From Gemmatimonadota bacterium (GTDB lineage: Bacteria; Gemmatimonadota; Gemmatimonadetes; Gemmatimonadales; GWC2-71-9): a stretch of DNA of 64,000 bases. Under the pieces are notes generated by a model. It made no database searches. It had not been told where the DNA came from and worked only from the letters and a program-made list of their open reading frames with translations. This document shows positions 18,252 through 26,751 of the stretch, piece by piece. Position 1 is the stretch's first letter. Every line of letters starts with the position of its first letter. The stretch covers positions 3,083 through 67,082 of the forward strand of contig JACOVF010000072.1 of NCBI GenBank assembly GCA_016177465.1. The letters run 5' to 3'. Both the position numbers and the translations under genes were made by a program.

Positions 18252-19628
18252 ATGACCTTGTTTGCACCTGGGGATCCCCGTCCGATCCACTTTGTGGGCA
18301 TCGCCGGCGCGGGGATGGGTGCTCTGGCGCTGATCGCCGAGCACCAGGGTGTGAAGATAACCGGTTGTGATACTGACACTTCCGGGGCGGCTGATCTGAC
18401 CGCCCTGGGAGTGGAGGTCTGGCAGGGGCACGATGCCCGGCACGTGGAAGGCGCCCGGGCGGTAGTGGTCACTGCCGCAGTGGGCCGGGAGCACCCGGAG
18501 CTGGCGCGGGCCCGCGCTTTGGGGATTCCGGTCGTGCGCCGGGCGGATGCGCTGAGCGCGGCGGTAGCCGGCGGGACCGTCGTGGGGGTCGCAGGGACCC
18601 ACGGAAAGACGACCACCACGGTGATGGTCACGGAGGCGCTGGCGGCCGCCGGGCGGGATCCCACGGGACTCGCCGGCGGCCGCGTCGCAAAGTGGCGCGG
18701 CAACGCCCGGGTCGGAGGGCGGGACCTGTTCGTGGTCGAAGCGGACGAGTTCGATCGCGCGTTCCTGGCGCTCACGCCGGCGGTGGCGGTGATCAACAAC
18801 GTCGAGGCCGACCACCTCGAGTGCTACGGCACGATGACGGCGCTCGAGCAGGCATTCGGAGAGTTCGCGGGGCGGGCGCGGCGGGTGATCGCGGGGGCCG
18901 ACGATGCGGGCGCGGCGCGCGTGGCCGCGATGCTGACGGTGCCGGTGTGGCGGGTCGGGTTGGGCGTAGGCGCCGATGTGCGCATCCGGGAGCCGGAGTT
19001 CGATCCTTCCGGGTCCCGTGCGACCATCGAGGTGCCCGGCGGCCGGTCCGTCGGGTTGCGGCTGCGGGTGCCGGGGTTGCACAACGTGCGGAATGCCGCG
19101 GCGGCGCTGGCGGTGGCGCACGAGCTGGGCGCGGACGTGGATGTGTGCGCCGGCGCCCTCGCGGAGTTCAGTGGTGTGGGCCGACGCTTCGAGCGGCTTG
19201 GGGAGGCGGGAGGCGTCGTGGTGGTGGACGATTACGCGCACCACCCGACGGAGGTGGCCGCGACGGTCGCGGCGGCCCGGCAGGTGTTTCCCGGGCGCCG
19301 GTTGGTCGCGGTGTTCCAGCCGCATCTCTACTCGCGGACGGCGCTGCACGGTACGGCGCTGGGCCAGGCGCTCGCGGCGGCAGACGTGGTCGTGGTGGCG
19401 CCGATCTACGCGGCGCGCGAGGCACCGCTGCCCGGCGTGACGGCCGAGCTGGTCGCGCGCGGCGCGATCGCGGCGGGCGCGGCGACGGTGGCGGTGCGCG
19501 AGCGGGCCGAGCTCGCGGATCGGGTCGCCGAGGCCGTGCGTCCGGGCGACGTGGTGTTCACGCTGGGCGCGGGTGACGTGACGCGAGTGGGGCCTGAGCT
19601 GCTCGAACGGCTGGGGAAGGACCGGTGA
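18252..19628 (+). CDS. murC: UDP-N-acetylmuramate--L-alanine ligase MurC
   Basis: 458 aa; HFVGIAGAGMGALA and GTHGKTTTT motifs. Confidence 0.92.
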   Translation: MTLFAPGDPRPIHFVGIAGAGMGALALIAEHQGVKITGCDTDTSGAADLTALGVEVWQGHDARHVEGARAVVVTAAVGREHPELARARALGIPVVRRADALSAAVAGGTVVGVAGTHGKTTTTVMVTEALAAAGRDPTGLAGGRVAKWRGNARVGGRDLFVVEADEFDRAFLALTPAVAVINNVEADHLECYGTMTALEQAFGEFAGRARRVIAGADDAGAARVAAMLTVPVWRVGLGVGADVRIREPEFDPSGSRATIEVPGGRSVGLRLRVPGLHNVRNAAAALAVAHELGADVDVCAGALAEFSGVGRRFERLGEAGGVVVVDDYAHHPTEVAATVAAARQVFPGRRLVAVFQPHLYSRTALHGTALGQALAAADVVVVAPIYAAREAPLPGVTAELVARGAIAAGAATVAVRERAELADRVAEAVRPGDVVFTLGAGDVTRVGPELLERLGKDR

Positions 19629-20341
19629 AACCCCGCTTCCGGTTCCCCGCGCTCTCGCACCGCGCGTGGGTTGCGATCGTCGGCGGCGTCGGCGTCGTGG
19701 GGATCTGGTTCGGCGCGCCGCGCGCGCTGCGGCACCTCGAGTTCTTTCGGGTGCGACAGATCGAGCTCGTGGGGATTCGGAACCTCTCGCCCGACGCGGT
19801 GATCGGGGTGCTGCGACTGCAGCCCAGGGCGAGCGTATTCGACGACACGCGACTCCTGACTGCGCGCGTGCGCGGGCTGCGCGGCGTCGCCGACGCGAGG
19901 GTGGTGCGGCGGCTCCCGGCGGCGCTGAAGGTGATCGTGCGGGAAGTGGACGCGGTGGCGCTCGTGCCCGGCCCCCGGGGAATGGTGGTGGTCGACGCCG
20001 CCGGGCGCGCGTTGCCGTTCGATCCGGCGCGCTCGGGGCTCGATCTCCCGGTGGCGGCCGCGGCGGACTCCGCGGTGATCGGTGTCGTGGCGCTGGTCCA
20101 GGCGGTGGACCCGGCGCTGTTTCAAGACATCACCGCCGCGCGCCGCTGGCGAGGCAGCCGCGGCGACGTGCTCCTGGAACTGGATGCCCGCCGCGTCCTG
20201 CTGCGACCGGACGCCGGGCCGGAGGTCATTCGAGCCGTGGTGCAGGTCGCGCAGGATCTGGCCGCGAAAGCGCGCCCGTATGTGGAGCTCGACGCGCGCT
20301 ACGCCGGCCAGGTGGTCGTGCGGCGGAAGGCGAGCGCCTGA
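19625..20341 (+). CDS. ftsQ: cell division protein FtsQ
   Basis: 238 aa; N-terminal TM then POTRA-like FFRVRQIELVGIRNLSPDAV; GTGA overlap with murC. Confidence 0.8.
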   Translation: MKPRFRFPALSHRAWVAIVGGVGVVGIWFGAPRALRHLEFFRVRQIELVGIRNLSPDAVIGVLRLQPRASVFDDTRLLTARVRGLRGVADARVVRRLPAALKVIVREVDAVALVPGPRGMVVVDAAGRALPFDPARSGLDLPVAAAADSAVIGVVALVQAVDPALFQDITAARRWRGSRGDVLLELDARRVLLRPDAGPEVIRAVVQVAQDLAAKARPYVELDARYAGQVVVRRKASA

Positions 20342-21594
20342 TGGCGGAGCGCCAGCTGGTGGCGGGGCTCGACATCGGCAGCACCAAGACCTGCGCCGTG
20401 ATCGCGGAGGTCGTGGGCGACCTGCCGCGAACGCCGCTCGCCAAGGTGCTCGGCGTCGGGCTCGCCAAGAATGCGGGCGTGCGGCGCGGCGTGGTGCGTG
20501 ACATCGAGGAGACCACGCGCTCGGTCACGGCCGCGTTGCGGGACGCCGAGCGGATGGCGGGCGTGAAGGCGGCCGCCGTCACCTGCGGCATCGCGGGCGA
20601 GATGATCGCGACGCGGACTGAGGCGGGCGTCGTCGCGGTGACGGATGAGGAAATCGTGCCGGATGACGTGAAACGCGTTCACGATGTCGCCCGGGCGATC
20701 TCGATGGCGCGCGACACCGAGCTCCTGCACGAGATCCCGCAGGAGTACACGGTCGATCGACAGGGCAAGGTCAGTGACCCGGTCGGGATGACCGGGATGC
20801 GGCTCGAGGTGGAGATGTACCTGGTGACCGTGCAGTCCACGGCTGCCCAGAATCTCCGCAAGAGCGTGCAGCGCGCCGGCTACCGCGTCGCGGGCTTGGT
20901 GCTCGAGCCGCTCGCGGCGTCGTACGCGGTGCTGACCGACGACGAGAAAGAGCTGGGCGTCGCCTTGGTGGAGGTGGGCGGCAGCTCGACCGGCGTGGCG
21001 ATCTTCCACGAAGGAAAGATCCGCCACCTCGCGTCGCTCAAGTTCGCCGGAGCGCACGTCACGAACGACCTGGTGCAGGGGCTCGGCGTGACACACGTGG
21101 ACGCGGAGCGGCTCAAAGAACGCTACGGCGTCGCGTACGAGCCGCTCGTGGACGCGTCGGAGATGGTCAACCTCCCGTCCACCCCGGGCCAGGGCGCGCG
21201 TCAGGCGTCGCGGCAGCTCCTGGCGCACATCATCCACCAGCGTGTGGACGAGGTCTTCCAGCTGGTGGGGCGCGAGTTCGAGCGAGCGGGGTATGCGGGC
21301 GGACGGCTGCCGGCCGGCGTAGTGCTGACAGGCGGCACGGCGCACCTGCCGGGGATGGTGGAGCTCGCGCGCGAGGCGTTCGCCGTGCCGGTGCGCACCG
21401 GCACGCCCGAGCTCGGCATCTCGGGGCTCGTGGACAGTGTGCAGGCACCGCGCTACGCGGTGCCGGTGGGGCTGGTGCTGTACGCGGCGCGGAAAGTGGC
21501 GCAGGGCGCCGCCCCCGGCGGGCTGTTGGTCGGGGGGGCGGGAGTGGACAGATGGATCGGACCGCTCAAGCGGTGGCTGCAGGACTTCTTCTGA
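20341..21594 (+). CDS. ftsA: cell division protein FtsA
   Basis: In-frame part of track ORF 19666..21594; ATG 20341 overlaps ftsQ stop; actin-fold VAGLDIGSTKTCAVIAEV. Confidence 0.9.
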   Translation: MAERQLVAGLDIGSTKTCAVIAEVVGDLPRTPLAKVLGVGLAKNAGVRRGVVRDIEETTRSVTAALRDAERMAGVKAAAVTCGIAGEMIATRTEAGVVAVTDEEIVPDDVKRVHDVARAISMARDTELLHEIPQEYTVDRQGKVSDPVGMTGMRLEVEMYLVTVQSTAAQNLRKSVQRAGYRVAGLVLEPLAASYAVLTDDEKELGVALVEVGGSSTGVAIFHEGKIRHLASLKFAGAHVTNDLVQGLGVTHVDAERLKERYGVAYEPLVDASEMVNLPSTPGQGARQASRQLLAHIIHQRVDEVFQLVGREFERAGYAGGRLPAGVVLTGGTAHLPGMVELAREAFAVPVRTGTPELGISGLVDSVQAPRYAVPVGLVLYAARKVAQGAAPGGLLVGGAGVDRWIGPLKRWLQDFF

Positions 21595-21613
21595 TCGGGG
21601 ACCCGAGGGAACC

Positions 21614-22792
21614 ATGATCTTCGAGCTCGAAGAGACCGTATCGCAGAACGCGCGGATGAAGGTCGTCGGCGTCGGGGGCGGCGGCGGCAACGCCCTGAAC
21701 CGCATGGTCGATGAAGGCGTCACCGGCGTCGAGTTCATCTCGGTCAACACCGACGCCCAGGCCCTCCTCAACAACAGGGCCGACGTCAAAGTCCAGATCG
21801 GCAAGAAGCTGACGCGCGGCCTGGGCGCCGGCGCGCGGCCGGAAATCGGCCGCCAGGCGATCGAGGAGAATCGCGACGAGGTGCTGCACGCCCTCCAAGG
21901 CGCGGACCTGGTGTTCGTCACCTGCGGCATGGGTGGCGGCACCGGCACGGGCGCGGCCCCCATCATCTCCCAGATCGCCAGGGACCTGGGGACGCTCGCG
22001 ATCGGCATCGTCACCAAGCCGTTCCTGTTCGAGGGCCGCAAGCGGATGCGCCAGGCGGAAATGGGCATCGCCGAGATGCGCAAGCACGTGGACACGATGA
22101 TCGTGGTGCCGAACGAGCGGCTGCTCGCGGTGGTCGGCAAGGGGATCCCGTTCCAGGACGCCCTCAAGAAGGCGGACGAAGTGCTGCTCCACGCCACACA
22201 GGGGATCTCCTCGCTCATCTGCGTGACGGGGCTTGTGAACGTGGACTTCGCCGACGTGCGCACCGTGATGCAGAACGGCGGCTCGGCTCTGATGGGCACG
22301 GGCACCGGCCGCGGCGAGAACCGCGCGATGGAGGCTGCGCAGCAGGCGATCTCGAGCCCGCTGCTCGACAACGTCTCGATCGCGGGCGCCACGGGAGTGC
22401 TCATCAACATCACCGGTGGAGAAGACCTCACCCTGGGCGAAGTGACCCAGATCAGCGAGGCGATCCATGACGCCGCGGGCGATGAGGCGGAGATCATCTT
22501 CGGCGCCGTGAACGACCCCGCCATGCACGGCGAGGTGCGGATCACCGTCATCGCGACCGGCTTCGACCGGCAGACGGCTATGGCGGCAGAATCCGTCATC
22601 GGGAGCCGCGTCACGCCGGGCGTGCTGCCGTTCCAGCATCGGGTCTCCCGGCCCACGCCGGTGCCGCCGCCGGGATATGTGAAGCCAGCCGAGGCCCCGG
22701 TGCGCCGGTCCTCGGGCGGGAGCGCGTCCTCTGCCCCGCCTGAGGTGAATGAGATGGAGATCCCGACCTTCATCCGCCGTCAGATGGACTAA
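21614..22792 (+). CDS. ftsZ: cell division GTPase FtsZ
   Basis: ATG 21614 within track ORF 21437..22792; GVGGGGGNALNRM and tubulin signature GMGGGTGTGAAP; C-terminal IPTFIRRQ peptide. Confidence 0.95.
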   Translation: MIFELEETVSQNARMKVVGVGGGGGNALNRMVDEGVTGVEFISVNTDAQALLNNRADVKVQIGKKLTRGLGAGARPEIGRQAIEENRDEVLHALQGADLVFVTCGMGGGTGTGAAPIISQIARDLGTLAIGIVTKPFLFEGRKRMRQAEMGIAEMRKHVDTMIVVPNERLLAVVGKGIPFQDALKKADEVLLHATQGISSLICVTGLVNVDFADVRTVMQNGGSALMGTGTGRGENRAMEAAQQAISSPLLDNVSIAGATGVLINITGGEDLTLGEVTQISEAIHDAAGDEAEIIFGAVNDPAMHGEVRITVIATGFDRQTAMAAESVIGSRVTPGVLPFQHRVSRPTPVPPPGYVKPAEAPVRRSSGGSASSAPPEVNEMEIPTFIRRQMD

Positions 22793-24060
22793 TGGCCTGG
22801 CGCGTGAGCCACTACGTCGCCGCGAGCGCCGTGGTGGCGGGTGGGATGTACTGGGCGGCGAGCGCCGTTTGGGCGGCGCGCCGCCTTCCGGTGGCGCGCG
22901 CGATCGTCGTCACCGACGCCTACGAGCATTTCGGCGACTCGCTGGGCCGCCGCGAGATTCTGGCTGACGTGCTGGCGCGCGCCGGGATCGCCGGGCGGGA
23001 CTACGGCAACCTCCTCGTCGCCGCCACCGCGCTGGAGCCGCGCCGGCTCCGCCAGGGACAGCGCTTCGAGTTCCGCCGCGTGAAGCACGCGCGGGTCGCC
23101 GACCGCGTGATGATCCGCCCCTCGCCCGAGCGGCGCATCTGGCTCACCCGCCGCGGTGGCGACACCGGCTGGGTGCAGACGGAGGAGGTCATTCCCTGGG
23201 TCGCGACCCGCTCTCGCATCGAGGGCGGCATCGAAACGTCGCTGTACGACGCGCTCGACCAGGCGGTGGCCGAGACGCTGCTCCCCGCGAATGAGCGCCG
23301 CGAGCTCGCCTGGGCGATCGCCGACGTGTACGACTGGGAAGTGGACTTCACCCGCGACATCCGACCGGGGGACCGTTTCACGGTGCTGTTCGAGCGGCTC
23401 GAGTCGCCGGAGGGGGAGCGCCGCTTCGGCCGCATTCTCGCCGCGCGCGTCGACGTGGCGAAGACCCCCAGCTTCGCGTTCTACTTCGAGGGCGATTCCG
23501 CGCGCGGGGCATTCTACGATGAGCGGGGGCGGTCACTCCGGCGCGCGTTCCTGCGGAACCCGCTGGAGTTCCGCCGCATTTCGAGCCGGTTCGGGGGGCG
23601 TTTCCATCCCGTTCTGAAGACGTGGCGCAATCACCAGGGGATCGATTATTCGGCATCGGCCGGCACGCCCGTGCGCGCGACGGCCGACGGGGTCGTGACC
23701 CAGGCCGGCCGCGAGGGTGGGTATGGCAACCTGGTCGAGCTGCGCCATGCCAACGGGATCCGTACGCGCTACGGCCACCTGTCCCGCTTCGGCGCGAGGC
23801 TCCGCGTGGGGGCGCGGGTCAAGCAGCAGCAGACGATCGGATACGTCGGCTCCACCGGACTCTCCACGGGCCCGCACCTCCACTACGAGTTCCTGGTGAA
23901 CGGCCGCGCCACCAACCCGCAGCGCAAGAGCGTGGGGGAGGGCACTCCGGTGCCGGCGAGGTACAAGACCCGCTACGAGCAGGTGCGCGCGGCGCTGCTG
24001 GCCGAGCTCCTGCCCCCCGCGCCGCCGGGATCGCCGTCCGTCTCCGCGCGCGACGATTAA
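22792..24060 (+). CDS. M23-family peptidoglycan endopeptidase
   Basis: 422 aa; N-terminal TM; HQGIDYSASAGTPVRATADG ... GLSTGPHLHYEF metal-ligand motifs; start overlaps ftsZ stop (TAATG). Confidence 0.85.
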   Translation: MAWRVSHYVAASAVVAGGMYWAASAVWAARRLPVARAIVVTDAYEHFGDSLGRREILADVLARAGIAGRDYGNLLVAATALEPRRLRQGQRFEFRRVKHARVADRVMIRPSPERRIWLTRRGGDTGWVQTEEVIPWVATRSRIEGGIETSLYDALDQAVAETLLPANERRELAWAIADVYDWEVDFTRDIRPGDRFTVLFERLESPEGERRFGRILAARVDVAKTPSFAFYFEGDSARGAFYDERGRSLRRAFLRNPLEFRRISSRFGGRFHPVLKTWRNHQGIDYSASAGTPVRATADGVVTQAGREGGYGNLVELRHANGIRTRYGHLSRFGARLRVGARVKQQQTIGYVGSTGLSTGPHLHYEFLVNGRATNPQRKSVGEGTPVPARYKTRYEQVRAALLAELLPPAPPGSPSVSARDD

Positions 24061-24074
24061 GTTTCCCCACAATC

Positions 24075-24773
24075 GTGGACCTGTATCCCGCCGTCGACGT
24101 GCAGGGCGGGCGCATGGCGCGCGTGCCGCCGGGGCATCCTGACGACCCGCTCGCTGTGGCGCGCGCCTTCGCCGCGGCCGGGGCACGCTGGGTGCACTTC
24201 GTGGACCTGGACCGCGCGTACGGCCGGGGGGACAACCGCGCGCTGGCGCGCCGCTTCCTTGCGGATGCCGACCTCCGCGTGCAGGTGGGCGGCGGCCTCG
24301 CCACGGAGGAGGCGATCACGGAAATGCTCGACTGGGGCGCGGCGCGCGTCGTGGTCGGCGCCGCGGCGGCCGCCGACGCCGCGCGGCTCACCCGTCTCCT
24401 CTCCCGGCACGGGGCGGAGCGGGTGGCCGTCGCGATCGACGCGAAGGGCGGCCGCCTGGTGCCGCGCGGCGCGGCGGGTACCGGCGCGCTCGACCTCACC
24501 GTCGCGGAGTTGGCGCGACGCGTGCGCGCCCAGGGAATCCACACCGTGGTGTACACCGATGTGACACGCGACGGCGCGCTGGCCGGGCCGGACGTGGACG
24601 GCGCGCGCGCGATCGCAGCCCTGGGGCTCGACGTCGTCGCGAGCGGCGGCGTGGCGTCGCTCGAGGACCTGGCGCGCGTGCGGGCGGCGGGGCTCGCCGG
24701 CGCCGTCGTCGGGCGCGCGCTGTACGAAGGCCGCTTCACCCTCGCGCAGGCGCTCGCGTGTCTCACCGCCTGA
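24075..24773 (+). CDS. hisA: HisA/PriA-type phosphoribosyl isomerase
   Basis: In-frame part of track ORF 23622..24773; GTG 24075 gives (M)DLYPAVDVQGGR; VQVGGGL and ASGGVASLEDL phosphate-binding motifs; no other his genes nearby. Confidence 0.8.
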   Translation: MDLYPAVDVQGGRMARVPPGHPDDPLAVARAFAAAGARWVHFVDLDRAYGRGDNRALARRFLADADLRVQVGGGLATEEAITEMLDWGAARVVVGAAAAADAARLTRLLSRHGAERVAVAIDAKGGRLVPRGAAGTGALDLTVAELARRVRAQGIHTVVYTDVTRDGALAGPDVDGARAIAALGLDVVASGGVASLEDLARVRAAGLAGAVVGRALYEGRFTLAQALACLTA

Positions 24774-26536
24774 CCCCCGGGCTGGTCCTGCTGCGGGCCG
24801 CCGCCGTGCTCGCGTTGATGCTGCTGCTCTGGAACCCGGCACGCTCGCGCGCGCTTCCCGAAGACGCCCAACCGCTCGTCCTGCTGGACGCCTCGCTCAG
24901 CATGGCCGGCCAGGGTGGAGCGTGGCGCGCGGCGCTCGACACGGCGCGGGTACTCGCGGCCAAGGGCAGTGAAGGGGGCGGCGTGATCTGGCGGTTCGGG
25001 GGGGGCGTCGCGGGGTTCGATTCAGCGCCCCCCGGCGACGGGGCGAGCCGCCTGGGCCCGGCACTCGAGGCGGCTGCGGCCCGCGGCGGTGCCATCACGG
25101 TCGTGACCGACGGCGCCGTCGAGGATGTCGCCGACTTGCCGCCGGACCTGCGGCGGCGGCCGCGAGTCGTGCTCCTGCCCCGGGACGACTTCCCTGACGC
25201 GTTCGTCGCGGGCGTCGCAGGACCGCGGCGCGTCAGCGCCCAGGACACGGTTCGGCTCAGCATCGCCTATGGAACGGCCGGGAAGCGGGAACGGGGAAGC
25301 GGGAAGCGTGCAACGCTCGTCGTCAGCGCCGGTAGGCGGCTCGCGTCGCGCGATGTCACGTTGCCCGACAGCGGTACGGTATCCGCGGAACTGACGCTTC
25401 CCGCTTCCCGCTTCCCCTTTCCCGGTTGGCACGCCCTTGAGGTGCGGCTGGTAGGGACGAACGATCCCGAGCCCCGGGACGACGCCCGCCTGTTCCTGAT
25501 CGAGGTGAGCCCTCTGCCCGCCGCGGTGATCCTCGCCGCGCCGCCTGACTGGGAGACGCGCTTCCTGGCGCGCGCGCTGGGCGAGGTGGCACGCGTCCCG
25601 GTGAAGACCTTCGTCGAAGCCGAGCCGGCCCGTGGCTGGCGCGATGGAGCGACGCTCGCGGCGGTGGCGGTGAGTGACGTGCAGCGCGCCGTGGACGCCG
25701 CGCGGCTCGTCGTGCTCGCCGGGGACCCGGCGCGTCACGGGCGCATCCGTCTCGCCCCGCGCGCGGCGGTGCTGGCGTGGCCCACGACGCGCGGACGGGA
25801 GGGCGACTGGTACGTCCAGCCGCCGCCGCCCTCGCCGCTCGCCGGGCTGCTCGCGGGGCTGCCGTGGGATTCGCTGCCCCCCGCGAGCTCGGCGGTGGAC
25901 CTGCTCCCCGACAGCAGCGCGATCGTCGTGCTGACGGCGCGTCTCGCGCGCCGCGGCACTCCGCAGCCGATCGTGCTGCTCACCCGCCGCGACGGGGGGG
26001 GCGCGCGTCAGGCGACAGTCGCGGCCAGCGGGCTGTGGCGGTGGAGCTTCCGGGGCGGCGCAGCGGGGCTCGCCTATCGGTCGTTCATCGCCTCGCTGGC
26101 GGACTGGTTACTCGGTGGGGGAGAGGGGAGAGGGGAGAGGTTCGTGCCGGTGGCCCTGGAAACTCCCAATGGCTTGCCTTTGGTCTGGCGCTGGACGGGG
26201 ATGGGGTCGCCGCAGGACGTGAGGATCAGCCTTCAGGCCGGCCCCGCCGAGCGGGTCGACACCGTGCGCTTCGATGCCGACGGCCGCGCCGAGCTGCGGC
26301 TCCCGCCGGGGGTGTACCGCTACGCGGCGGACGACGGCGGCGAGCGCGGCCTGGTTGCGGTGGAAACCTACTCCGCTGAGTGGCGGCCGGCCGCGGCGGT
26401 GCTCACGGCGCAGGCGGGACTCCCGGCCGAGCGGCGGGAGAGCGTGGGGTTGCGGGACCGCTGGTGGCTGTTCGTAATCGCCGTCGCCGCGTTCGCGGCG
26501 GAATGGGCGTGGCGGCGGCGGATGGGGCTGCCCTGA
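24758..26536 (+). CDS. membrane protein with degenerate vWA/MIDAS-like N-terminal region (BatA-like), repeat-laden
   Basis: 592 aa; N-terminal TM (LVLLRAAAVLALMLLLWNP), LVLLDASLSM (DxSxS), C-terminal TM (WWLFVIAVAAFAAEWAW); contains E3, a (GGGGAGA)x3 run and two G8 runs. Confidence 0.65.
   Translation: MSHRLTPGLVLLRAAAVLALMLLLWNPARSRALPEDAQPLVLLDASLSMAGQGGAWRAALDTARVLAAKGSEGGGVIWRFGGGVAGFDSAPPGDGASRLGPALEAAAARGGAITVVTDGAVEDVADLPPDLRRRPRVVLLPRDDFPDAFVAGVAGPRRVSAQDTVRLSIAYGTAGKRERGSGKRATLVVSAGRRLASRDVTLPDSGTVSAELTLPASRFPFPGWHALEVRLVGTNDPEPRDDARLFLIEVSPLPAAVILAAPPDWETRFLARALGEVARVPVKTFVEAEPARGWRDGATLAAVAVSDVQRAVDAARLVVLAGDPARHGRIRLAPRAAVLAWPTTRGREGDWYVQPPPPSPLAGLLAGLPWDSLPPASSAVDLLPDSSAIVVLTARLARRGTPQPIVLLTRRDGGGARQATVAASGLWRWSFRGGAAGLAYRSFIASLADWLLGGGEGRGERFVPVALETPNGLPLVWRWTGMGSPQDVRISLQAGPAERVDTVRFDADGRAELRLPPGVYRYAADDGGERGLVAVETYSAEWRPAAAVLTAQAGLPAERRESVGLRDRWWLFVIAVAAFAAEWAWRRRMGLP
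25278..25425. repeat. heptamer-periodic inverted repeat E3 (GGGAAGC units): 32-nt arms around an 84-nt core, inside a CDS
   Basis: Left arm 25278-25309 CCGGGAAGCGGGAACGGGGAAGCGGGAAGCGT; reverse complement of right arm 25394-25425 is CCGGGAAAGGGGAAGCGGGAAGCGGGAAGCGT (28/32 identical by my count). Confidence 0.85.
26118..26138 (+). repeat. tandem heptamer run (GGGGAGA)x3, one-armed
   Basis: Three perfect GGGGAGA units inside the vWA-like ORF (encodes GGGEGRGER); no inverted partner seen nearby. Confidence 0.8.
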
Positions 26537-26751
26537 TGGGGCTGTGGGCGACGTTGGCCAGCGTGTTCACGCGTCGCGATCCGGCAGCGCGCGACGAGGC
26601 CGAGCGGGTGTTGCTCGAGGCCGACTTCGGCGTCGCCGCGACCACGGCGATCATGGACCGGCTCGCCCACGTGCCGGATGCGGAGCTCGAGCCCGCGCTG
26701 GAGCGCATCGTGTCGAAGCTGGTCGCGGCGGCGGGGGATCCCGCGGGCTGA
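26536..26751 (+). CDS. 71-aa ORF resembling only the N-terminal helical part of FtsY/SRP54 N domain
   Basis: In-frame part of track ORF 26380..26751; ATG 26536 overlaps upstream stop (TGATG), its stop overlaps the recG ATG (CTGATG); LWATLASVFTRRD...AERVLLEADFGVAATTAIMDRL resembles the FtsY segment ...SLFRGKKIDDDLFEELEEQLLIADVGVETTRKII... Confidence 0.45.
   Translation: MGLWATLASVFTRRDPAARDEAERVLLEADFGVAATTAIMDRLAHVPDAELEPALERIVSKLVAAAGDPAG

Noticed and set aside
1325-24773. N-terminal extensions implied by the track starts for cheB (1325), the TPR protein (2753), rsmH (7322), murE (10515), murD (13896), ftsA (19666), ftsZ (21437) and hisA (23622).
   Set aside because: The extensions overlap the preceding gene or a tRNA and are compositionally shadow-like. 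Internal starts give canonical N-termini and 1-4-nt stop/start coupling.
24998-26001. G8 homopolymer tracts in the vWA-like gene (24998-25005, 25994-26001) as slipped-strand phase-variation switches.
   Set aside because: Comparable G7-G10 runs occur in housekeeping genes in the same window (miaB 39565-39574, asnS 31445-31452, mutase 45379-45386), where they encode Gly-Gly. They look like a general compositional feature rather than a contingency locus.
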